Below are positions 49,585 through 58,573 of a stretch of DNA of 60,588 nucleotides, piece by piece. The translations under genes were made by a program, and so were the position numbers. The stretch comes from Candidatus Omnitrophota bacterium (GTDB taxonomy: Bacteria; Omnitrophota; Gorgyraeia; JABMRN01; RBG-13-46-9): assembly GCA_043817155.1 (NCBI GenBank), contig JBDRHE010000075.1:1-60588 (forward strand). Direction: 5' to 3'. The first letter of the stretch is position 1. Each line of letters begins with the position of its first letter. The notes under the pieces are model-generated. The model saw nothing but the letters and a program-made list of their open reading frames with translations, did no database searches and was not told the origin of the DNA.

Positions 49585-51708
49585 ATGTTAATACTTGCCC
49601 CCATCAGTTCAGTTATCGCGCTCTTATTTGCCGGCTTCCTTGTTTATAAAATAATGACCGTATCGCCCGGCGATGAGAATATGGTGAAGATCCAGAGGGC
49701 GATCCAGGAGGGAGCTGCTTCGTATATAAAGCGTCAATATTCGGTTATCTCTATCTTCTTCGCCGTAGTCTTTGTAATATTATTTATTCTATCTAGAAAT
49801 GGGTACTTACCTATATTTGTTCCGTTCGCTTTCTTAACAGGCGGTTTCTTTAGCGGTCTCGCGGGTTATATCGGCATGAAGGTGGCGACACATGCCAACG
49901 CGAGGACCGCAAATGCGGCAAAAGAGAGTCTTAACAAGGCGCTTGGCGTGGCTTTTTCAAGCGGTACCGTCATGGGCCTTACTGTTGTTGGTTTAGGGCT
50001 GCTCGATCTTTCCGCCTGGTATTTTTTTCTGGAATACTGGTATACGCATGAACATGTTCTATGGTTTACACATGCGGATCTCATAAGGGACGTAGGTCCC
50101 CGGATACAGCAGATAACAGCCACCATGCTTACTTTTGAGATGGGCGCAAGTTTAATGGCTCTATTTGCCCGCGTAGGCGGCGGGATCTATACAAAAGCGG
50201 CCGATGTCGGAGCCGACCTTGTTGGTAAGGTGGAAGCCGGCATACCGGAAGACGACCCCCGCAACCCGGCAGTAATAGCTGATAATGTAGGGGATAATGT
50301 CGGGGATGTCGCGGGTATGGGTGCTGATTTGTATGAATCCTATGTTGGCTCTATAGTAGCTACAATGGTGCTGGCGGTAGCCGGCGGTTTTGGGGTTAAG
50401 GGTGTTATGCTCCCTCTCACCATGGCTTCCGCAGGTGTTCTTGCCAGCATACTGGGAACATTCCTGGTAAGGGCTAAAGAGAAAGCCGATCAAGGAGAGC
50501 TTCTTCTTGCCTTGCGTAAAGGGATATTTGCAAGTTCTATCCTCGTAGCAGCAGGCTCTTTCTTTATAGTTAGGTCGCTATTGCCGGGCAACATGGGCGT
50601 ATATTGGGCGGTTCTTTCAGGACTTATTGCGGGTTTGATCATAGGTTTATCAACGGAATTCTTTACATCAGATAGGTATAAACCGACCCAATCTATCGCC
50701 AATGCCGCTTTAACGGGAGGAGCGACCGTTATAATAAGGGGCCTGTCAGTCGGCATGCTATCTACCGCCGTACCCGTTTTAACAATATGCGCGGCGACTT
50801 TAGCCAGTTATTATTTCGCCAGCCAGGGGGTGGCTTCTGCATTTAAATTCAGCGCGGGTCTATACGGGGTTGGCGTTGCTGCTGTTGGGATGCTAAGCAC
50901 GCTTGGGATTACCCTTGCGACCGATGCATACGGTCCGGTTGCCGACAACGCAGGTGGTATAGCGGAGATGGCACATCTGGGTCCGGAGGTTAGGGAGCGA
51001 ACAGATGCCCTGGATTCACTGGGGAATACAACCGCGGCTACGGGAAAAGGATTCGCTATCGGAAGCGCCGCTCTAACGGCGCTTGCGTTAATAGCAGCGT
51101 TCACCGATGAGATACATCTATTTGGAAAAGATGTGGTAGTGAGCCTGTTAAACCCCTATGTGATTGTAGGGCTTTTTATAGGAGCCATGCTACCTTTCTT
51201 ATTTGCTTCTCTTACCATGAAAGCTGTCGGCAGCGCTGCGCAAAGTATCGTTGAAGAGGTAAGGCGGCAGTTTAAGGAGATAAAGGGTCTTATGGAGGGC
51301 AAGGCGCCTGCTGATTACGCGCGCTGCGTCTCCATATGTACAGGCGCCGCTCAAAGAGAGATGATATTACCCAGCCTTTTAGCCCTGGCCGCTCCAATAG
51401 TAGTGGGGCTTCTCTTAAACGCTGAAGCGGTCATCGGGCTCTTAGCGGGTTGCTTAGCCAGCGGATTCGTTATGGCCATATTTATGGCCAATGCGGGCGG
51501 TGCGTGGGATAACGCGAAAAAATATGTTGAAAAAGGCGCTCATGGGGGGAAGGGTTCCCAGGCTCATAAGATGCTGGTCATGGGAGACACAGTGGGAGAT
51601 CCGTTTAAAGATACCTCGGGCCCGAGCCTTAATATTTTGATTAAACTTATGTCAATGGTTTCGGTGGTCTTTGCGTCATTCATATTGGCAAACTCGCTGA
51701 TAAAGTAA
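49585..51708 (+). CDS. hppA: K+-dependent membrane-integral pyrophosphatase, Na+,H+-PPase-like
   Basis: [35 protein letters not shown] (Ala, K+-dependent type) and [14 protein letters not shown]. Confidence 0.93.
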   Translation: MLILAPISSVIALLFAGFLVYKIMTVSPGDENMVKIQRAIQEGAASYIKRQYSVISIFFAVVFVILFILSRNGYLPIFVPFAFLTGGFFSGLAGYIGMKVATHANARTANAAKESLNKALGVAFSSGTVMGLTVVGLGLLDLSAWYFFLEYWYTHEHVLWFTHADLIRDVGPRIQQITATMLTFEMGASLMALFARVGGGIYTKAADVGADLVGKVEAGIPEDDPRNPAVIADNVGDNVGDVAGMGADLYESYVGSIVATMVLAVAGGFGVKGVMLPLTMASAGVLASILGTFLVRAKEKADQGELLLALRKGIFASSILVAAGSFFIVRSLLPGNMGVYWAVLSGLIAGLIIGLSTEFFTSDRYKPTQSIANAALTGGATVIIRGLSVGMLSTAVPVLTICAATLASYYFASQGVASAFKFSAGLYGVGVAAVGMLSTLGITLATDAYGPVADNAGGIAEMAHLGPEVRERTDALDSLGNTTAATGKGFAIGSAALTALALIAAFTDEIHLFGKDVVVSLLNPYVIVGLFIGAMLPFLFASLTMKAVGSAAQSIVEEVRRQFKEIKGLMEGKAPADYARCVSICTGAAQREMILPSLLALAAPIVVGLLLNAEAVIGLLAGCLASGFVMAIFMANAGGAWDNAKKYVEKGAHGGKGSQAHKMLVMGDTVGDPFKDTSGPSLNILIKLMSMVSVVFASFILANSLIK

Positions 51709-51717
51709 TGCGCTCCA

Positions 51718-51952
51718 TAGTTTAGCTTTCTAGCTTCTTAGCTTTTTAGCTTTTTAGGAAATTGTAGAAGTTTATTATCGATCAGAGCTTTAGCTTCTTA
51801 GCTTACTAGCTTTTTAGGAAATTTAATGTGAACAGAATCTTACCTAATAAGCTAACAAGCTAGGAAGCTAAGAAGCTAAAACGTTAATCAACTCAACCTG
51901 AGAAGCTAAAAAGCTAATGCTCTAAGTAGCTAGAATAGAAGCTAAAGCTCTG
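51718..51952. repeat. Double periodic palindrome (TAGCTTT/TAGCTTC versus AAGCTAA 7-mers)
   Basis: Two left arms (51718-51757, 51783-51817) and two right arms (51843-51880, 51898-51952). Confidence 0.9.
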
Positions 51953-51987
51953 CTTAACAGATTTTTAGTTTTGGTAGTCATAAAGTC

Positions 51988-52016
51988 TTGACTTAAGAAT
52001 ATACAGGTGTTATATT
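51988..52016 (+). promoter_or_regulatory. Sigma70-type promoter with extended -10
   Basis: TTGACT (51988-51993), 17-nt spacer, TGt-TATATT (52011-52016). Confidence 0.65.
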
Positions 52017-52109
52017 TAGCTTAATACTTAATGTATAAACTATCGATAAACCGAACCCACATTAACCAAAAACCTAATAAGCCAGTAAGCTAAAGGAGAA
52101 GGAGGCGTT

Positions 52110-52751
52110 ATGAATAGGTCTATATTAATACTGTTGGTCACATTGCTGTTGACTACGGGATGCGCGTTAAATATATATAAGAAAAGCCCAAAGGATAAGG
52201 CGCAGATAGAGCAGCTATCTAGCGAGGTCAGCAGGCTCAACGCTCTGCGGGCGAATGAAATGAAGGAATTCGAAGATATAAAACGTGAACTCCAGAAAAA
52301 ATTAAAAGGCAAAGTGGGGCTTGAAGTGGTCGAAAGGGGTCTAGTTATTACACTCGGCAATAATATACTGTTTGATTCTGGAAAGGACAAGATCAAGGAT
52401 GATGCCCATGCGATACTCGATCAAATAGTAGATGTCGTAAAGGCGAAGGCGGCAGATAAGAACATAGGGATAGAGGGACACACCGATAATGTCCCTATTA
52501 CGCATTCCGGCTGGAAATCGAACAGAGAACTCTCCACCGCAAGAGCAAATAATGTTTACCACTATCTCGTAGACATAGGCGGTCTGGAGCCTTCCAAGCT
52601 TACAACGATGGGATATGGGGAATTCAGGCCCATAGCGACTAACGGTACAAAGGAAGGACAGGCGAAGAACAGGCGTGTTGAAATAGTGATCCTTCCGCAG
52701 TATCCTAAGAAGACCATAGACGAACTTAAAGAAGAGAATTGGGCAAAATAG
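52110..52751 (+). CDS. OmpA/MotB C-terminal-domain lipoprotein with a coiled coil
   Basis: Lipobox LTTGC, ILFDSGK, IEGHTDN, LSTARA and NRRVEIVI. Confidence 0.9.
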   Translation: MNRSILILLVTLLLTTGCALNIYKKSPKDKAQIEQLSSEVSRLNALRANEMKEFEDIKRELQKKLKGKVGLEVVERGLVITLGNNILFDSGKDKIKDDAHAILDQIVDVVKAKAADKNIGIEGHTDNVPITHSGWKSNRELSTARANNVYHYLVDIGGLEPSKLTTMGYGEFRPIATNGTKEGQAKNRRVEIVILPQYPKKTIDELKEENWAK

Positions 52752-52754
52752 TTG

Positions 52755-52873
52755 ACGCAAAGAACGCGAAAGACCGCGAAGACGCAAAAACGATTTTTGC
52801 GCTTTCGCGGTCTTTTTGCCTGTCCCCCGAAAAGCCTGCTTCGATGAAGTTCTGCCTGTTAGGCGCAGGAGGG
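52755..52873. repeat. 9-mer ACGCAAAGA-type palindrome followed by a reverse-oriented REP-like element (52819-52873)
   Basis: acgcgaaagaccgcgaagacgcaaaaa facing tttttgcgctttcgcggtc; the reverse complement of 52819-52873 aligns with 15828-15881. Confidence 0.85.
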
Positions 52874-52893
52874 CGATTTTGTGATATAAAATT

Positions 52894-53604
52894 ATGCAAA
52901 TAGATAAAACCAAGCTTCCGCGGCACGTAGCGATCATAATGGATGGAAATGGCAGGTGGGCTCGCAAGCGTTATCTCCCCAAGATAGCGGGTCACAAAGA
53001 GGGCGTAAACAGCGTTGAGATGGTAATAAGAGCAGCCAAAGATCTCGGAGTAAGGATCCTAACGCTGTACGCTTTTAGCACAGAGAATTGGAAGAGACCG
53101 GAAAGAGAAGTTAACGGTCTTATGAAGCTCCTGGAAAACTACCTGGACCGCGAAACAGAAAAGATAGCAAAAGAGGACATAAAGATAAGAGCGATCGGCA
53201 GGATAAGTTTGCTCCCGTCGGCTGTCCAGATCAAATTGAGAAAGGCCGAAGACAGGACGATCAATAATAGAGCCGTGCTTGTGAATTTCGCGCTCAGCTA
53301 CGGCAGCAGGGCGGAGATAGTGGACGCCTGTAAGAAGATATGCGACGAAGTAAAAGGAGAGAGGCTGAAGACATGCGATATCACCGAAGAGATCTTCTCC
53401 TCGAATCTATATACAAGCGGCCTGCCGGATCCGGATCTTTTAATACGGACAAGCGGCGAGATGAGGATCAGTAATTTTCTGTTATGGCAGCTATCGTACG
53501 CGGAGATATATGTCACAAAGAAATTGTGGCCCGACTTTAAAAAGAAGGATTTCGAAAAAGCTATTCTGGACTATCAGGACAGGGTTAGAAGGTATGGCAA
53601 GTAG
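52894..53604 (+). CDS. uppS: Undecaprenyl diphosphate synthase
   Basis: HVAIIMDGNGRWA, YAFSTENWKRP and IRTSGEMRISNFLLWQ. Confidence 0.97.
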   Translation: MQIDKTKLPRHVAIIMDGNGRWARKRYLPKIAGHKEGVNSVEMVIRAAKDLGVRILTLYAFSTENWKRPEREVNGLMKLLENYLDRETEKIAKEDIKIRAIGRISLLPSAVQIKLRKAEDRTINNRAVLVNFALSYGSRAEIVDACKKICDEVKGERLKTCDITEEIFSSNLYTSGLPDPDLLIRTSGEMRISNFLLWQLSYAEIYVTKKLWPDFKKKDFEKAILDYQDRVRRYGK

Positions 53605-54418
53605 CATATTAAGACGAGTGACAAGTTCTATAGCCATCATCTTTTTGGTGTGGGTCGTCACCTTTCTCACGCCAAATTGGACCTTCTGTATTTTGACCGC
53701 GATCTTTATCGGGCTCGCTCTTCATGAGTTCTTCTCTATTATGGAGAAGAAGGGCATCTTCGTTTATAAGTACTTCGGGATAGTCGCAGGGATAGCTATA
53801 CCGGTATCGATATACCTCCATGTAGGCGAGGGCTTCGAGAATCTCGAGCCGTTCTTTATAGTGATCGCCTGCCTCTTTACTTTTGTCCTGCAGTTTGCAA
53901 GAAAAGACAAGGCGGATAATCACCTTGTGAGCATCGCCCTTACGCTCTTCGCTCTTTTCTATATAAGCTGGTTCTTGTCTTTTTTTATAAAAATAAAATA
54001 CTTAAATGAAGGCGCAAGCCTCGTAAGTTTCCTTATCATTGTAACGAAAACAGGCGATATTGGCGCTTACTTCATAGGTAAGCGATTCGGGAAGAGACCC
54101 CTTATTCCGCGCATCAGTCCGCGCAAGACTAAAGAAGGAGCGCTCGGCGGTCTGGCTAGCAGCGTCATGGCCGCAGTTCTATGTCAATCCCTGGTGGCGG
54201 GGTTTGGCTTCTTTCACATTATTCTATCCGGCTTTCTACTCGGCATCATAGGTCAGGTCGGGGATCTCGCAGAGAGCCTTTTTAAGAGAGACTTTGAGGT
54301 TAAGGATTCGAGCAGGGCATTACCCGGTCTTGGCGGGATACTGGATGTTATCGATAGCCTCCTCTTTACAACACCCATATTCTATTTTTACATAAAAATA
54401 TTCTTTCCTGCGTTATGA
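53594..54418 (+). CDS. cdsA: Phosphatidate cytidylyltransferase
   Basis: GDIGAYFIG, SPRKTKEG and GDLAESLFKRDFEVKDSSRALPGLGGILD; start ATG 53594. Confidence 0.95.
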   Translation: MASSILRRVTSSIAIIFLVWVVTFLTPNWTFCILTAIFIGLALHEFFSIMEKKGIFVYKYFGIVAGIAIPVSIYLHVGEGFENLEPFFIVIACLFTFVLQFARKDKADNHLVSIALTLFALFYISWFLSFFIKIKYLNEGASLVSFLIIVTKTGDIGAYFIGKRFGKRPLIPRISPRKTKEGALGGLASSVMAAVLCQSLVAGFGFFHIILSGFLLGIIGQVGDLAESLFKRDFEVKDSSRALPGLGGILDVIDSLLFTTPIFYFYIKIFFPAL

Positions 54419-55563
54419 AGAAGATAGCAATATTAGGTTCAACGGGTTCGGTTGGAACGAGCGCCCTTGACGTGATAGCGCGCCATCCAAAGATGTTCAG
54501 GGTTTGCGCTCTTACAGCCAACAGAAACGCGCCTCTTCTCGCCAAACAGGCAAACAGGTTCAAGCCGCGCCTTATAGCCCTGGGAGATGTATCCGGATAC
54601 AATGACCTGAAGCGCGCATTGAAACGTCCCTGCAGGATCCTTAAAGGGATCGAAGGTCTCTCGGAAGTCGCCGGCATGAAAGAAGCTGACGTGGTCCTTG
54701 TTGCGATAAGCGGCACGTCCAGTATTCTTCCTCTCATCGCCGCAATAAAAGCCAAGAAGGTCATTGCGCTGGCCAATAAAGAGTCGATCGTTAGCGCCGG
54801 AAAGATAGTTATCGATATGGCAAGGACACATGGCGCCAGAATAATACCTGTAGACAGCGAACATAATTCCATTTTTCAGTGTATAGGGGAAAGCGATACC
54901 GAAAAGATAGATAAGGTATTTCTTATGGGTAGCGGGGGTCCGCTCAAGAATGTTTCAAAGAATCTATTCGATGCGCTTAGGCCCTCCCGGATACTCGCGC
55001 ACCCTGTATGGAGAATGGGCAAGAAGATATCGGTCGATTCAGCGACAATGATGAACAAAGGGCTCGAAGCCATAGAAGCAAGCCATCTATTTGGCCTGGA
55101 TATTTCCAAGATCAAGGTGTTGCTCCATCCCGAAGCGATCATCCATTCCATGGTAGAGTTTAAAGACGGCAATATAATGGCAAATCTCTTCTCTCCCGAT
55201 ATGAGGTTACCGATATTCTATGCGTTAAGTTACCCGGGAAGAGGGGTTTCGAAGCTCCCGAGAGTCGACTTTTCCAGGATAAAGAACCTTTCGTTCCAGA
55301 GCCCGGACACCGATAAGTTCCCGGCCCTTAACCTCTGCTACGACACAGAAAAGAGGGGCGGTACGTATCCGGCCTGTCTTAATGGCGCCAATGAAGAGGC
55401 GGTTAAGCTCTACCTGGAGAAGCGTCTCAGTTTTACAGGGATCATAAATACTATTGAAAAAGTTTTATCGCGCCACCACAGCACTTTACACCCGTCCCTC
55501 GATGAGGTACTTTCTGTTGACAGGTGGGCCAAAGAGGAGGTTAACAGGTTGTGCACTGGATAG
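54415..55563 (+). CDS. dxr: 1-deoxy-D-xylulose 5-phosphate reductoisomerase
   Basis: LGSTGSVG, ALANKE, PVDSEH, HPVWRMGKKISVDSATMMNKGLE. Confidence 0.96.
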   Translation: MKKIAILGSTGSVGTSALDVIARHPKMFRVCALTANRNAPLLAKQANRFKPRLIALGDVSGYNDLKRALKRPCRILKGIEGLSEVAGMKEADVVLVAISGTSSILPLIAAIKAKKVIALANKESIVSAGKIVIDMARTHGARIIPVDSEHNSIFQCIGESDTEKIDKVFLMGSGGPLKNVSKNLFDALRPSRILAHPVWRMGKKISVDSATMMNKGLEAIEASHLFGLDISKIKVLLHPEAIIHSMVEFKDGNIMANLFSPDMRLPIFYALSYPGRGVSKLPRVDFSRIKNLSFQSPDTDKFPALNLCYDTEKRGGTYPACLNGANEEAVKLYLEKRLSFTGIINTIEKVLSRHHSTLHPSLDEVLSVDRWAKEEVNRLCTG

Positions 55564-56630
55564 TAGTTCTCTTATCATTTTCAGCTATAATTATAATACA
55601 CGAACTGGGCCACTTTCTGACCGCCAGGAAGATCGGTGTTAAGGTCGAGAGGTTCTCTGTAGGTTTCGGACCGGTACTTTTTAAGATCAAGAGATTCGAT
55701 ACCGAGTTCGTCATATCCCTTATTCCGCTCGGAGGATACGTCAAGATGGCGGGTGAAGATATAACCGATAAGGTGACCGGGGCCGCCCACGAATTTGGAT
55801 CAAGAAGCATATTCGAGAGGTTCCTGATCATCGCAAGCGGCGCGATCTTTAATATTATATCCGCGTTCATCGTATTAAGCCTTCTTTTTATGTTAGGCGG
55901 AACATCGATCCCTTCGCAGTCCTGCGCTGTCGGCTATGTTATGGAAGATTACCCGGCCAAAGCAGCCGGGATAAAGAAAGACGATCTTATTATTGCAATA
56001 GATGATAGGAAAGTAACCACCTGGAGCGAGGTTACTTCGATCATACACAAGAATGAGGGCACTCCTCTCTTGCTTCAGATCGAGAGGGAGAGCGAACTCT
56101 TGAGGGTAGAGGTTACACCCAAAACAGAAAGCCGCAAAGATATATTCGGCCGCGATATAAGGATGAGTTTAATAGGAATAGCGCCTCATATGATAGAAAA
56201 GAAGTATAATCCACCAGCCGCTTTTTATATGGGCTTAAAAGAGACCGGCAGATGGATGGGTAAGCTCTATAAAGGATTATGGCTTATCATAACTCATCAG
56301 ATCTCTTTAAAGAATGTGGCAGGTCCGATAGGTATTATTAATATGTCCGGGCAAGCCGCGAAAACAGGCATGGCAGCACTATTCGGGTTGATGGCAGTCA
56401 TCAGCGTTAACCTGGCCGTTGTGAATCTCCTTCCATTTCCGATACTCGACGGAGGGCATATACTCTTCCTGATACTTGAGAAATTTAGAGGAAAGCCTCT
56501 ACGACAAAAGACCCAGGAAATAGTTACGCAGATAGCGTTCTATCTACTGATAACGCTGATCCTCCTGGTCTCCTATAACGATCTGCTAAGAGTGGGAGTG
56601 TTTAAGAAAATTTCGGGCCTCTGGAAGTGA
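55551..56630 (+). CDS. rseP: RseP/RIP zinc metalloprotease
   Basis: HELGH, IPLGGYVKMAGE, one PDZ domain and NLLPFPILDGGH. Confidence 0.95.
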   Translation: MHWIVVLLSFSAIIIIHELGHFLTARKIGVKVERFSVGFGPVLFKIKRFDTEFVISLIPLGGYVKMAGEDITDKVTGAAHEFGSRSIFERFLIIASGAIFNIISAFIVLSLLFMLGGTSIPSQSCAVGYVMEDYPAKAAGIKKDDLIIAIDDRKVTTWSEVTSIIHKNEGTPLLLQIERESELLRVEVTPKTESRKDIFGRDIRMSLIGIAPHMIEKKYNPPAAFYMGLKETGRWMGKLYKGLWLIITHQISLKNVAGPIGIINMSGQAAKTGMAALFGLMAVISVNLAVVNLLPFPILDGGHILFLILEKFRGKPLRQKTQEIVTQIAFYLLITLILLVSYNDLLRVGVFKKISGLWK

Positions 56631-56795
56631 ACCCCGCCTCCCAATAGTCTTATTCTACCAGGCTTAGCTTGTGTCCCAACTTTGAGCGCGCGTTTAAGCC
56701 GGACAGAGATTCTGTCAGCCGAAAGATTTTTGACCGCCTCCGGCAGTCACCGTCTCTTCTCTTTTTGTTTAACCGAGCAAGACATGCTGTTAGTA

Positions 56796-56995
56796 AGAGA
56801 CAATGGGGCATTATTTTAAGGCTCAGCATAAAATGTTATGCCAAGATTCTCCCCTCTTGTCTCTTTATAAGGTGATCGTCGGATTAAAGGAATTGCCGTA
56901 AGCCAAGGCACACGAAAACCTGGAATACCGACTCTCACCTTGTAAAGAGACAAAGAGAGAATATTCGCCTTAAAAGAACGCCCCATTGCCTCTCT
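56796..56995. repeat. Long hairpin element, copy 2
   Basis: 46 identical nt with copy 1 (56919-56964 equals 30575-30620); its own terminal arms match each other at 24 of 27 positions. Confidence 0.88.
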
Positions 56996-57020
56996 CTAGA
57001 GGTCTCTTAATACTCAGAAA

Positions 57021-57250
57021 GAAGAAGAACAGAATTCAAAGGGGCCCCATTTGAAAATGTTAGCCTTTTATTGAGATGAGAAGAGGTTTTATTTGTAAGA
57101 ACATTTTCATACAAAAAGGATGCCGCAATGTTTGAGCCCCACACCTTTGGTGTGGGGCGAGTTCGGCATCCCCTCTTTTTATCTCAATAAAAGGCGTTAC
57201 CTAATCAAGTGAGGTAAACATTTTCTGGGGAATGAATTCTGTTCTTCTTC
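57021..57250. repeat. 230-bp multi-layer inverted repeat
   Basis: Perfect 18-bp (57021-38/57233-50) and 15-bp (57063-77/57181-95) inverted repeats around ggatgccg/cggcatcc and a gccccacacc-ttt-ggtgtggggc hairpin. Confidence 0.9.
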
Positions 57251-57448
57251 GCATAGGAAATAGAATTAATTTATAACAGCTAATTTATATTCCTTGCAAT
57301 CGAGGAGGGCAATTCTTCTTATCAGATTATTATCAGAATGTCTCTCATGAATCCAAGCTGCTCCATGACTGGTTAAGTGACAGGTTATGGGAAAAGGCTT
57401 GAGGATTAACGGCTATTATGCTATATTTAGCCGATAGGGAGATGAGCA

Positions 57449-58525
57449 ATGATAGGAAGGCGTAAGACAAGGGTTGTAAAGGTTGGGGGTGTGAAGATAG
57501 GGGGGAGCAATCCCATCTCTATCCAATCGATGACTACGTCAGATACCAGGGATATAGGAAAGACCGTCTCCGCGATAAAGAGGCTGGAAAAGGCCGGATG
57601 CGAGATTGTAAGGGTAGCGGTTAAAGATCTCGAGGCCGCCCGGGCAATAAAGCGCATAAAACGAAAGATCCGCATTCCGCTCGTGGGAGATATCCATTTT
57701 GATTACAGGCTCGCTCTTGAATCGATAAAGAGCGGCGCCGATAAGATCCGTATAAATCCCGGAAATATTACAAAGCCAGAGCATTTAAAGGAGATAATTG
57801 AAGCGGCAAAGAGACGAAGGATCCCGATCCGAATCGGTTTAAATTCCGGTTCTCTGCCGCACCGAAGCACCGAAGGTGCGAAGGCGGGCCCGCACACTGA
57901 TGTATTTATCAAAACTGCGCTTAAGCATATAAAACTATTTGAAAGCCATCGTTTCGATGATATAATAATTTCACTGAAATCTTCCCGGGTTCCGGAGATG
58001 GTTGATGCGTACAGAAGACTGGCCGGCCTTTGCGATTACCCTTTTCACGTTGGGGTAACGGCGGCAGGCCCTTATGATGTCGGGGTTGTGAAGTCCAGTA
58101 TTGGCATAGGCGCTCTTCTCCTTAACGGAATAGGTGATACGGTGCGTGTCTCTTTAACAGGCGATCCGGTGAATGAAGTAGTATCCGCAAAGTATATTCT
58201 TCAGGCGACCGGAAGACGGGAATTTGGTCCTGATATTATATCCTGCCCGACATGCGGGCGTTGTCAGGTCGACCTGGCTTATATCGTAACGAGAGTGGAA
58301 GAAAAGCTAAACGCAATACGCAATACGCAGAGCGCAAAACGGATAAAAAGTGTAGCTTTAATGGGTTGTGAAGTAAACGGTCCGGGAGAGGCAAAGGAAG
58401 CGGATATCGGGATCGCGTTCGGTAAAGACGCAGGAGTTATATTCATGAAGGGGAAGATAGTCAAAAGGGTGCGTGCAAAGAATGCAGTACGCGAATTATT
58501 ACACCTTGTTTCGAAAGCAATTTAG
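57449..58525 (+). CDS. ispG: 4-hydroxy-3-methylbut-2-en-1-yl diphosphate synthase
   Basis: IQSMT, VGDIHFD, RINPGN, DTVRVSL, SCPTCGR and MGCEVNGPGEA. Confidence 0.96.
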   Translation: MIGRRKTRVVKVGGVKIGGSNPISIQSMTTSDTRDIGKTVSAIKRLEKAGCEIVRVAVKDLEAARAIKRIKRKIRIPLVGDIHFDYRLALESIKSGADKIRINPGNITKPEHLKEIIEAAKRRRIPIRIGLNSGSLPHRSTEGAKAGPHTDVFIKTALKHIKLFESHRFDDIIISLKSSRVPEMVDAYRRLAGLCDYPFHVGVTAAGPYDVGVVKSSIGIGALLLNGIGDTVRVSLTGDPVNEVVSAKYILQATGRREFGPDIISCPTCGRCQVDLAYIVTRVEEKLNAIRNTQSAKRIKSVALMGCEVNGPGEAKEADIGIAFGKDAGVIFMKGKIVKRVRAKNAVRELLHLVSKAI

Positions 58526-58547
58526 CCACCCACTTTAGTGGGTGGTG
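58523..58547. repeat. Hairpin AGCCACCCACTTTAGTGGGTGG resembling an IS200/IS605 subterminal palindrome
   Basis: Perfect 8-bp stem ccacccac/gtgggtgg with a ttta loop; the IS200/IS605 resemblance is from recall. Confidence 0.6.
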
Positions 58548-58573
58548 TTAGCACCAAATTTGGAGCTATAACA

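Noticed and set aside
56640-56795. Additional long inverted repeat upstream of hairpin copy 2
   Set aside because: Pairing between 56644-56675 and 56770-56803 is only partial by eye and cannot be supported without folding analysis.
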